This document shows positions 1 through 11,099 of a stretch of 64,000 nucleotides of DNA, piece by piece; the stretch's first letter is position 1; each line of letters begins with the position of its first letter. Source of the stretch: Tubulanus polymorphus (taxonomy: Eukaryota; Animalia; Nemertea); assembly GCF_964204645.1 (NCBI RefSeq), contig NC_134025.1, positions 12,276,001 through 12,340,000 of the forward strand, written 5' to 3'. The translations under genes were made by a program, and so were the position numbers. The notes under the pieces are model-generated. The model was not told where the DNA came from. It did no database searches and saw nothing but the letters and a program-made list of their open reading frames with translations.

Positions 1-976
1 AAGAAGTATCTAGATATTGATTTCTTTTTAAAGATAACTGCACGTATAACAGAGGTACAAACGTTTTACTATTTTGCTCCTATCGGTCGAAATGTGAATT
101 AATTTGATATTTCATCGATTGCAATTCCATATAAAGTACCATAGAAGTGTTCTTTTATGTAAGTACCAAGGTTCATGGAAAGGACTGCGTTCGTGCAGTA
201 AATATTAGTTTGTATACATTGTAGGATGGAACCATCAGAGAACTGTTTTATTTTTCTAGAAATAAACTACAATAAAGTCTTCTGACGTACATCTATGATT
301 GAAATACCAAAGCAAAGTTCTGAAATTCTTTACCAATTGCGCTATGGGGACGCCGAAAAGTGTTGGACATATATCACTGAATGAAACGACTTGATATTGC
401 ATCATTGCCGTTTTATTGTTCTTCCTATTGTTGTATTGCTTGGAGGTACAACCAGATATCCAGAAGGGGGTACGAGGTCAAATGACAGATCATTTCAAGT
501 ACAAAATGTTTTCATCTTTTATAGTTATGGAACTAAGGTCGAAAAACCTCTTTTTGAAATTTGGGCCCCTTGACCCTGGCCCAAACGGATGGTCTGAGAA
601 TATTGCCACCATTGCCAAAATAAACTTCAGGTTTGTTGGCTGTAACTTTCCCGATGATGTCGAGCTGAAACCTCAAAAATTCTCAAGCATTCTCTAACAC
701 TCAACAACCTTTGCAACATGCTAAACTTATTGGAAAATGTAAAATTTCCCCTAGCAGAAGAACATTCTAACATTTCATTTGTGACCTTGAAGGAGCTGAA
801 TAACTCCTGGAAATTTCATGAAGAACATTTAAGAATTGGCGGAGAAATTTCGAAATTATTGCGTGGTATAAAAGAATATATACCAATGAGAGAATAACGA
901 TAGATTTTCTACAGAAAGGAAGAGATTGTTAAGATAAATATCAACGGGACACCGTCCTAGGTATGAAGGAACTCAC

Positions 977-1145
977 CATAAAAAAGGAATTAGTAATGCC
1001 GATAAACAGGAAATTGCCGTTTGCAAATGTCGCCAATGAGTAATCCCATACGCTAGGGCAGATAGGACAACGTAACCTATTGAATACACGAGACAAATTC
1101 CAATACCTGTCACTGGTCTCTTCGAAGGACCTACCAATTCCATTC
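977..1145 (-). CDS. SLC22 coding exon 5 (GMELVGPSKR...HWRHLQTAIS...FLW)
   Basis: cag|GA ATG GAA...TTA TG|gtgag; 169 nt. Confidence 0.92.
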
Positions 1146-3638
1146 CTGTTTCAGAAATGACATATCATCGATTATGATTAGATTTGCATTTTTCAATTCA
1201 GTATTGGAACGACGTTGAATAACAATGCTATGGATCTAGGATCATCTTACTATACTTTGCTTAATCTCTACATACCCAGTACAAATATCGACGAATACAT
1301 GGCGTTGTTGCCCATCGCAGTTATACCCCTCAAAACTACGAAACTATATATTTCGGGAACCCATGCGGACATCAGGCCTGCAGCGCCTTGCAGTATTAAG
1401 CCAACTAGCACCATATTTTTTCGACCAAACCTTGAACATAGATTTGATGTTATTATTAATCATCACTAATGTATGACAAAATAAGAAATTCTTTGTTAAA
1501 GCGGGCCAAATGATTTGTTTTAGTTACAGCAGACTCCGGTAAAGGTCTATCCGGTAATCCGTTCGATTCGGTAAAATGAAAATAAGATTTCCGTTTACTA
1601 CCGTCTAATATCGTCTAGTCCGGTATCGCTCTATTCGGTAATCCGCCTTATCCAGTTAAATCTTGACTTCATTTCTGTTCATTCTGCACCTAAACCGTAA
1701 CGACTCATCACATACGGACTTACTTTACGTTATTACGTATTTGTGATTTTACAATAACTATTACTGTTATTACTATTACTGCACAATCGTGCCCTAACTT
1801 GGCCATATAGTTTCCATTACGAAACTGCATCGTGAGTAAACCGAGACGAAGGAAAACGTCAGGAATCTAAAAGAACGTAAAATGCTAAAAGGAATTGTTC
1901 GGATGTTTCGGTTGTTCAACCGGTAATCGCCTAATTTAGTATAAAAATGAAGGTCCCAACTTAACTGGTTAAGGGGGAGTCTACTCTACTTATTTTGGCG
2001 TTGGCGTTGCTGTTATAGTGCCTTCATTAACATGTCTGAAATGTTAGGTTATAGCCACCATACGTTTTGATTGCCTTTAAGCTTCCATCAACGAAAGAAT
2101 GCGTACTTCATATCCAAAGCTTCGACAATCTTTAAGAACTAACATACTTCATTTTATAAGTACCTATTTTGGCACCTACTTTAATACACAGTCTCGTATG
2201 GTAGCTGATTCGGGCCATAAAAAGAAATATGAAACTCAATCTCCATCAATTATTTTTAGACAAGAAAATCCGTTTAAAACGCCTGAAACGTTGTTTTCAT
2301 ATCTTCAGCGGGTGCTAAATATTTTACCAATATTTTTCTCAAACAGATTTGGCTGCCCAAATCAACGGCAATAAACGTTCATGCCATGTATTAGTGTGGT
2401 GATAATTGAGTCTCGTATTCATATGGTCTTCATCACACACCATGTAGCCTAACTGACAATGCCTCCATATCGTAGACAGACATGGTAAGCATTGACAGCT
2501 CTGAGGTTCCTCCAGGGAAAAATTACAAAGGCCTATCAGAAGTGCAATAGGACGGGATGATGAAGGGAAGGTGCTACATTACCTGTCTGCAAGATAGCTT
2601 AATGTAAGTGAACTTATTAGGACGCCTACCATAAAACCCGTTGATGGAAGTGCCCTCAAATATTGACGGTCACAAACCAAGTTGAACTGAAAATATCATC
2701 CACAAATGAAATACATTAACAAAAATGCCACATCAAGTTGATATGGCCACACGGCTACTTATCAACTTGCCTGTTTTTTTTTCTTATTAATGTTTACCTC
2801 AGTGACCGCTGTGGGCCCGTATATAGAATTGTCATAGAGCCATTTGCGGCATTTCCTCGTATTTGTGACATTAGTGGTGTTCTTGAATTGTGTAATCTTG
2901 TTTTCAGCGTACGAGCAGTGGTTATCACAACCAGTTTCTACACACGATGACATGTTTTGAAGAGAAGGGCCGTAATAGGAATAATCTTTCGACGTCGTTG
3001 CGCACCTGTAATACAGAATGTTTTCTTTTACAAATAATTACGACGCAAAAAAACTGTTACTTCACTCTTGAAGAATGAAATCGATTTATACCTCTATTTT
3101 CAAGACGTGTGTATATTTCTGCAGGTCATCTCTAGACCTCAGGACCCGGTTCCAGAGTTTTGTTTGTGATAGAATGCAAATCTTATAGAGATATATTTGA
3201 AAATAACTTATGTCAACTGACAGTCACTAATAGTACTCTAACTGTGTCCTGGATTACAGGATAATCCTCCACAGGAATCGGATAATCGTAATAGAATAAT
3301 AGATGACTTTCATCATGAGTTTCACCCGATCTAATGGGCTGCTTCTCACCAGCCGATACGTGTTGCTGGGCTGAACATTTCGTTTCGTTCAAATTCCCCA
3401 GCTTTAATTTCAAGATCTTACAGGTGGACGTTATTTTACAAATTTTGATATATAACATGTTTGTGAGATGAATAATAATGTGAAAATCGATCTACCTGTA
3501 ATTCAGTGTGTACACCGTGAACACAGTCGCCATCATTTGACATGTGATCAAAATTACTGGCAACATCAACATAACGTATTGTCGAATCTGGTACTGGCCG
3601 AATTCCCCGATGCGGACGATGATTTGATCGAGATACAT
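977..3638 (-). CDS. SLC22 / organic cation transporter (MFS), 5' part; exons 3638-3496, 3005-2798, 2686-2583, 1430-1276, 1145-977; gene continues beyond the left edge
   Basis: The exons have GT-AG boundaries with compatible phases. They translate to MYLDQIIVRIGEFGQYQ...YR|C...CRKWLYDNSIYGPTAVTE|FNLVCDR...LADR|FGRK...LRG...VLG|MELVGPSKR...HWRHLQ...W. These are SLC22 hallmarks: IGEFGxYQ, a Cys-containing extracellular loop, E-F/W-xLVC, DRFGRK, ELVGP and WRxLQ. I could not find the expected PESPRW exon in 1-976. Confidence 0.93.
1276..1430 (-). CDS. SLC22 coding exon 4 (FGRKNMVLVG...SSIFVL)
   Basis: aag|G TTT GGT CGA AAA...CTG G|gtatg; 155 nt. Confidence 0.92.
1527..1986. mobile_element. Tc1/mariner-pogo-like MITE in an SLC22 intron
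   Basis: TA|CAGCAGACTCC...GGAGTCTACTC|TA: an imperfect TIR flanked by TA, with repeated internal CCGGTAATC-like motifs near both ends and no ORF. Confidence 0.6.
2583..2686 (-). CDS. SLC22 coding exon 3 (FNLVCDRQYLRALPSTGFMVGVLISSLTLSYLADR)
   Basis: cag|TTC...GAC AG|gtaat; 104 nt. Confidence 0.92.
2798..3005 (-). CDS. SLC22 coding exon 2 (extracellular loop)
   Basis: cag|G TGC...ACT GAG|gtaaa; 208 nt; overlaps ORF 2762..2953. Confidence 0.88.
3496..3638 (-). CDS. SLC22 coding exon 1 (MYLDQIIVRIGEFGQYQIRQYVMLMLPVILITCQMMATVFTVYTLNYR)
   Basis: ATG at 3638 with an acceptor-like TTTAG just upstream; donor AG|GTAG; 143 nt. Confidence 0.9.
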
Positions 3639-5536
3639 GTCTAAATTATTTTGCAGACGAACAGAAAATCGCAGTTTCTATCATGATATCCGTAAACACC
3701 ACCCAGTCAAGACACAGTGAACAAGAACTAGGTTAAAAGATAGACCAACTAGGAATATGAATAGTCCATGCTAGATGTTTAAAAGTTCTTGACACGCTAT
3801 CAGTTGACTGGGTAATTATTTCATGCACCGAATGCAAGGTCAAAGTACATTGCAATGACGCGTATGTACCCTATCCCTCTTGTTTCAGTGACAAGTACTA
3901 CTAAAAGACATACCCGTGAATTTTGCTTTTACTACGTACCGGCATTACTTACAGGTTAACTCCAGCTAAAGTACAAAGTACAGGCATGCTAAATGCAACA
4001 TGAATGAAATTTTAGCTTCCGATATAGTTAACTTTTTGATAACAGCAATTTAAAGGTGGGAATTTTCATTGCCCTTGATCAGTTCAATGATACGAAATAA
4101 TGTAAAACGAATTTTATTTGTACATGATTTATATTTCGTTGGATTATATACCGGTCTTTTATTGTTAGGGCCTATACCTTTTCAATGAGCCTTTTACAAC
4201 TTCCAGGCGCGAGTACCCGCTGGGTCCGCTGTGATAAAATCAAGCTGAAAATAACCACTAGCCAAGTGGACTTCATAGTTCCAATGATCTACTTAATGAT
4301 CTACTTACACGCTGGGGCCCAAGAGCTACGGGTAATTTCACTGTTGCTCCTTATCAATCGTTACAGCGCAGTGTTGATTTTTACCCCCTATTTCTTCAAT
4401 CCCTCCAATTTGATTTTTTTGAATTTCATTCATATCTTTGGATGGAGATAAATGAAGTAAATATAACAATAAAATCGGATAATTACTTTCAAATATTCGT
4501 GTATCAGACCTTGTTGAATTGGTTCCTACTATAGTATTGGCCGATTTTGGCCGTCGGTAAATGAGCGGTTCTCTTAATCGGTTATTGAGCGGTTTTCCGG
4601 TGGTAAATCGTCGGTAAATGAGTGATTTTGTTGTCGGAAAATTGTCGGAAAACTGTCCACCTTTCCGACAGTTAACCGACGCTTCACGGAGTCGAAGGAT
4701 CGTCGGTTATTCGTCGATAAGCGCAACCGTCATATTTCCGACAGTTTTCGACGCTCCACATCGGTGACGTCATTAAATAGATTTCTACCGGGTAACGCTC
4801 CTTTCGCACCCGGAACTACGTTACTGCGTGGTGAACTAGGTCATCGCGTATATACACACACCAGTTCGACTTAATACACGGATTTTCATTAGACACATAC
4901 GCAAGGCTCATGAGCTCGTTTTTACTGCAATAACAGCTGCTCTTCAACAGTTCAAGGCATTAATATTCAATAAATTTCTCCGCGTTTGGTAAGTACCGGC
5001 ATGAAATATTTGTTTTGTGAATGTTTCATGTCACTAGGCTATGTAAGTTTTTTTGCTGGCGGATTTTTTAGCCGTTAGCCGAGCGTACTACGTGCACGAC
5101 GTAGTCGTAGAGTTCATCAGTAGTAGGCCTAGTATAGTTTTATCGTGGTGGATCCACTACGTAAAAAATGATACTATGACCTGATGACTGGTAGATTAAA
5201 TGTATGGTGACCTCAGGCCAAGTTGACCATTTGTTGGCATGGGCATGGAATATGCTTTATTACTGCTTTGCTCAAGTACTGCTAGTCAAATAGTTTTTTT
5301 TCGAATTTTTTTTTCAATCCCCCGACACGTGTTACTCAAACTGTCAATGTATTGGAAAACCCAAAAGACGTCACTTTGTAGTGATGAGAAATGATTTGGA
5401 AATAGCTACATACACCCAGAAGCTAAAAGGTAAGCATAACTTCAATAAATATAACATTTTATATTTAATCATTCAAAAGTATAAAATTATGAATTTAATA
5501 ACGAAACAAGTATAATAGTAGGTATTTGAAATTAAT

Positions 5537-6204
5537 TTAATAATAATTTGAAATTGTTTGTAACGATAACTGTAATGCCTTTTTTTCCATCAATTCGCCA
5601 AGATTTGTCATACATTTTATAACCACCAGATAGTTTCCATCTGAATAGAAATGTGACATTTCAGTTAGGCCTATAGAGTCTTTTTTTATAAGATGTTTTG
5701 TGCAAAAATAATAAAGCTTACCTTCTTTCTGTTTTTTCAATACGCATTGCCCAATTACATTATCCTCCGGGCAAGTTATGTCGAAAGTCTTTTCTGTTGA
5801 TTGTTGTTGCTTCTTCTTTCTAAGATTATTGAAATTAGAAGAAAACGATATATCGTATATGTTCCCGGAGATGACTTTTGATGTGCATTCATCTGGGAAG
5901 ATACTTAACTCAGTGATGAATACATCTTAGTGAAATGAAATTTTTTTAAAGCCAATGCTGTTTTTTTTTTAATGATTGAAGTTCTATACAAATTTAAACT
6001 ACTGTAATGACGTAAATTATATTTTATAGCCAACATCCTTTTCTTGTAATTTGCTCTTATCTGTGTATTGTATTCAACTTAGCTTCTTCAAACCTGTACA
6101 TACCTTGCTTCTGTATCTCTTTTGTTCTTCTTATACGATTTTATTTCTTTATTGATAGTATTTAGACTCATATGAGTGCCCATTTTATTCAATTCTTCTT
6201 GTTT
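5537..6204 (-). pseudogene. Exon remnants of a second transposon-borne gene (ORF2/TnpA-like position)
   Basis: Open exons with splice sites at 5925-5722 (VFITELSIFPDEC...VLKKQKE) and 5640-5537 (GNYLVVIKC...NYY*), plus a Lys/Glu-rich exon starting near 6204 (KQEELNKMG...RDTEAR). I could not join the upstream parts cleanly and recognised no homolog. Confidence 0.4.
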
Positions 6205-7135
6205 CTGCAAAGTAGAATTTCATTCTCTGCTGTAGTGAAAATAAGGATTCTTTATAAATTGCACAAGCAATTTGATAACAATGTACCATTTTCGTCGCTT
6301 TCATCAAGTTTTGTTCAATATTACACACCACTTTTACTAAATCCTAGAGATAAAAAACTACTTTCATTTTTATATTTTCATCAGTAGTAGAATGAGGATT
6401 TGAGATTAAAATTGTAATCTAACTTTTTACCCTAAATAGTTTTCTTTCTGCCGTCATTGTTGTACCTTTTTCTTTCTTTTTCTTTGTCAGCATTAATTCT
6501 CCTACAGATACGAATAGTTTATTATTAAGTTTCCAATTATTATTTATTTTCATACAACTTGAATATACTCATAGGTAAGTTATCAAATATGATGTTTCAA
6601 GGGGCCCATGGATTTAAAATGTCAGCATGACGTGATCCCGTGTGAAAATATTGATTATCTTTAACGTTAGTTATTTATGTTACAACAATCATCAACATCC
6701 TAAAACTGAATATAATGTACAAAAAATATAAAGTCATCGATAAAACGGTTTTTTAATCAATATTTGATATCTTGATTGCCATTAAAAATTCGGATTGCAA
6801 TGTTAAAGTTTGGAAATTAAGGGATTATTATGGGAACGTGACTGCCTTGTCGGCTATCTAACTAATATTTTGAAACCTGAGCTACTACTAGCTCCATCTA
6901 TCGGACTCCAATTGAAGCTGTTCATTGTTTGCAAATTTTTGAAATAACTGAAAATAATGAAACTGAAAATAATGGATAATCGAAAAACCTCAAGTTTTCA
7001 GGTGACAGTAAACTGATATCTAACTTAGGCTTTAGACTTTCTATCATGTTATACGAAATCAGAATAGAAAGGAAAATGAGATAAAGATTTTTTTGTTACA
7101 TAAAATTTTCATACTTGCCTGTGTATTTGTTATAT

Positions 7136-8712
7136 TTATACCAATGATAAAGCCCATATCCTGGGATATTCTTCTGCCGTGATGATTTGGCATTTCAGAA
7201 GATGTCGCAAGGGTACTAGACATGGATCGTACATGTCTTCTCTTAAGTCACTCCACCAAAAGCCAGTTTCATTATCAATGTGTGGCCTGCTTAAGCATGC
7301 TATTAATGCTAGTTCCTTTAATTGATAGGTACTTATAATTAATTTGGATTAAATCATTATTATTTAATTCAAACCGATAAAATTCCAGTACACATACCTC
7401 CCCATTGCATTTTATAAATTTCAATATTTTTGAAATGTACGTATATTGGACTTGACCCTCAACAATGACTTCATTTCTATGCCCTCTGTTTTCAGCTTCT
7501 TCAAACTCAATTTGTAAGTACGAACTGCATGTTTTTATTCGGTGATTTTCTTCATAGCTGCCATGTACAAAATTCCACAGTGCATGTTAACTTATCAAAC
7601 CAGATGTAAAATAGAATAAAAAGATAATTTATAATTTCATTCTATTTTACCTCAATTGGATAGAATATGAGTTTTTTGTCTATCTCACCTGACTGTTCGA
7701 AAGTGGTACAGCATCTCCGAATCATGGTCTGGTAATACGGCCATGTCGTATACTTCGACTGGACCGAAGTTATTGCTGAAAAAGGAAGAATTAGCGATAC
7801 CCTTACATATATAATCAGTCATGACTATTTTGTTAATATTGGTAAAGATTTCTTTTTATTTGTTTGTACCCGTCGAAATATTGAATCAAAGCCTCTAAAA
7901 CTTGATGTGCGGGAAGAATGATTTACAGTTGAATTAGGAGTGTGCGCGACTAATTCAACTGTAAATTATTGTTATTTTCATTTTTTACTCACTCGACCCT
8001 TCGACCTTTGATCTGAAAGCCTATTATCCCTATTACTGACGTCATCACAACCCCCCATTATGTAGAATAGTAGCTACCTACCTTTCACCATCATTTGGTC
8101 TTAAATATTCAGTGACCCTACGCGCCATGTTGAAGTGTTCATATTGTCCTAGAGAGAGATCAAAGAGATGTATTTTAACACTTCTAAACAGAATCTAGTT
8201 TTATTCATACCTAGATAAAATCAAATAATTAACCATTATGCAGATATCATGTATCTTAGATGGTTTACCTTTCAGATATGGGATTAGTGGCATCCACGTG
8301 AATATAGTAGTCTCAGCAGACCCACATTTGTCACATCGTTCAAGATGGCGATTGTTCCTCCAAAACATCATACAACCATTTGTACACACTTTTTCGCTAC
8401 GCATATTCCCGAATATATATTTTTCTAACGTCTCTAGCTGTTTTACAGAGCGTGGTGTTATATTCGGTTGGGGTAAAATGTGGTGTATCATATTCAGTGT
8501 TCTTGTAATTTCTGTTTTCGATATGCCGGTGGTTGCTCTCGCATATAGTGATGTAACAATTCCGATATACTGTATGAGATTGATATCCGAACCTTCATAA
8601 ATAGGTTGTTGAAAAATCTCGTGGTCACCATAGTTACCTACATCAGCCTCTCCATCGTCATCACCACCATCATCCCCTCCATCACCATCATCCCCTCCAT
8701 CACCATCATCCT

Positions 8713-8743
<31 letters not shown>

Positions 8744-8761
8744 CTCTCCATCATCATCATG

Positions 8762-8792
<31 letters not shown>

Positions 8793-9335
8793 CCATCATC
8801 GTCCCCTCCTTCATCATCACCATTATCATCACCATCATCATCCCGTCCATCTGCTCCATCTCCAATTGCTCCATCTTCATCATTCGCTCCATCTTCATCC
8901 TCTCTATAATCATCTCCATCACCATCCCCTCCATCATCTTCAAATCTTCTATTGTTATTTCCACCATTGTATTCGGCATGATTTCCTGCACCTTCAACTG
9001 TATTTTCGATGATACCACATTCCACGCTAATCTATGTAAATAAGCATGATTTATAAAGCAATAACTTATTACTCTACATAACATTTAGCCAGATAAAAAG
9101 GATATTTGTGGGCGAGTTGGTAAGTAAATTTATTTCGAGGTCATTAATGAGGTAGTAAATGGTTTTGCTAAATTTTATTATTATTATTTGAGTCCCAGCC
9201 ATTAGGACTTGCCTTTAATTCTTTTGTACTTTCGTTAATTAGAACATCTTCAAATTTTCTCTTGTGCCTTTTCCGGGTTCTGCGGCACACCATATTGCCA
9301 TGACATTTTGCACAAAAGCAGATCACCTTTGACAT
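7136..9335 (-). CDS. CACTA/EnSpm Tnp2-like transposase derivative lacking the DDE core; predicted exons 9335-9213, 9031-8269, 8148-8082, 7775-7689, 7524-7398, 7315-7136 (1347 nt, 448 aa)
   Basis: The N-terminal ICFCAKC...H motif is followed by an acidic linker and then PIYEGS...ILPQPNITPRS...VCTNGCMMF...CDKCG...WMPLIPYLK. This matches the LP-N-P-S / C-N-C / CxxCG / PxIPxLK pattern of Tnp2-family N-termini. The downstream exons (SSYLQIEF...ILKFI...ELALI...GFWW) resemble CMC transposase C-termini. All splice phases are compatible, and the first donor is GC-type (AAG|GCAAGT). Confidence 0.65.
8655..8940 (-). repeat. Imperfect (GAT/GGT)n trinucleotide tract encoding a poly-Asp/Gly linker
   Basis: (CAT)n on the + strand; reads DDGDDDDDDDDDDHDDDGEDDD in the transposase frame. 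Confidence 0.9.
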
Positions 9336-10551
9336 TGCAACTGAAACTATATACAAATTTAAAACTAGAATATGTTGAATATTCTTGAATGGGCTTTTGG
9401 TTGATCGCATCTACCCCGTACGTAGTTCCTTTTCGTGGGTTGAAATATTTTTTGTTTGCATTTTAAGATGGACTGGAACAAAACAAAATGATTTGAAATT
9501 CGTTTTTTATTTGATTATTTTCAACTTTGATGAAAACCTCGATGGGCTGCAGAAGAAAATAAAAAACTGAAAATTGTATCCTGAACAGTTAATTGCGTGG
9601 GTTATCAGATAGATGGCGTATGGGGTAGAGACGTTCTTGGGAAAGTTGAGGCTTTTCAAAATCGACGCAGCTGGTTTTTCCTATGTTAGGCCAGATAAAC
9701 AAATACCTAGTTACTCAAGAAAGTCAAATGCCGCCCGCGTCATTAAGTGCCCAATAAACATTGAAAAGTAAAATGTGCCCTCATCGCCAAAGCATCTATC
9801 GTGTTTTTTTTATCACAAACGCCGCTCGTCTGCATCTGTAAATTGTAACACAGTCGTTTTTTTCCTACAGGCTATGCGTCTATCATGTCAACACGCCGAA
9901 CTGGTCATTGAGTTGTTAAGTCGAGGAAAATGATTGTGGCCGGATGATCGCCTCCGTTTCGATGCCGTAATAAGACGATATCGTTTAATCTCATAAGTTT
10001 AGCGTTAATAAGCATTGGGCATATCTTCTTGTTAGTATTTGTCTTTGAGGCACCGTCTTTGGCATTGGTCTGGAATGGTGAGCGGAAATTAACGATTGAG
10101 AAACTTTGGAGAAATATTTGGTTGTTATCAGTAGAAGTCAAATAATACTATTAGTCTGCCTGCTGGTGCTGGTAAGTCATTAAATAGCCACCGGGCAGTT
10201 CTAAAATCTTGAAATCTGCTTTTTAAATAAATATTACAGATAGGATAAGTTACAGTGGTTTATTTGTCCAATTCGTGGATTTGATGTCACATCGCATTTT
10301 AAGGATCTCGAGCCTCCACTTAACCGTGGGTGGTGATTCGAGTTGGTTCTTTAGGCTAAAAAATTGATACCTTGTTTCTCTGCTCTGCTGAGATTAAAAC
10401 CTGGCCGTGCTGGCCGCCTATCTACCCTATACATATTTTTTTAATCGTGTTCAATTTTACCTTAACAGACCCGGCAGCTATAGAAATGAACTGTTTAATT
10501 ATAAAATAGGCCAATGATATTTTCCAAAATGACCCGGCCCATGCGAAGAAA

Positions 10552-11099
10552 CTAATGTCTATTTATTAATGGATGAGACCTGTTTTTCTTGGATATTTTG
10601 CTTACTTTTTGGGGTACATACCTCATTTATGTCTTAACAGAATGCCAAAAATCGCGGACAACAACTGAATATCCGATATATTTCCAGTTCTGTACCAATT
10701 AGATGGATTGGCAAAAAGACTCCTTAAGTCCAGTTGAATGAGAGAGAAAATCCTCCATTTTGTCAAATTTCTTGAATTTTTACATTGTCACCATGCCTAC
10801 GAAATGAAGTTATTTTTCTTGTGGGGTCTCAACAACTAAATCAGGGTGGCGTAGGCATGGTAACAATGTTCAAATCCAAGAAATTTGACAAAATGGAAGA
10901 TTTTCTCTCTCATTCAACTGGACTTAAGGAGTCTTTTTGCCAATCCATCTAATTGGTACAGAACTGGAAATATATCGGATATTCAGTTGTTGTCCGCGAT
11001 TTTTGGCATTCTGTTAAGACATAAATGAGGTATGTACCCCAAAAAGTAAGCAAAATATCCCAGAAAAACAGGTCTCATCAATTAATAAATAGACATTAG
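10552..11099. mobile_element. Foldback / palindromic MITE nested in the CACTA element
   Basis: Arms 10552-10801 and 10850-11099 (250 bp each) are near-perfect reverse complements around a 48-bp spacer. Confidence 0.85.

Noticed and set aside
3213-3458. 81-aa minus-strand ORF within the first SLC22 coding intron as an alternative exon
   Set aside because: The flanking exons already join in phase (YR|C), and the peptide has no transporter similarity.
4550-4760. Repeated short motifs as a possible CRISPR-like array
   Set aside because: Irregular spacing, mixed orientation, a mirror copy at 11685-11875 and a eukaryotic context identify them as transposon subterminal repeats.
8606-9084. Poly-Ile (8606..9043 +) and poly-Met (8638..9084 -) ORFs
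   Set aside because: These are alternative frames of the (CAT/GAT)n tract. Only the Asp frame continues into transposase-like sequence.
9148-9170. TGAGGTAGTA, resembling the let-7 5' end
   Set aside because: The match ends after ~10 nt, there is no precursor hairpin, and it lies in a TE intron.
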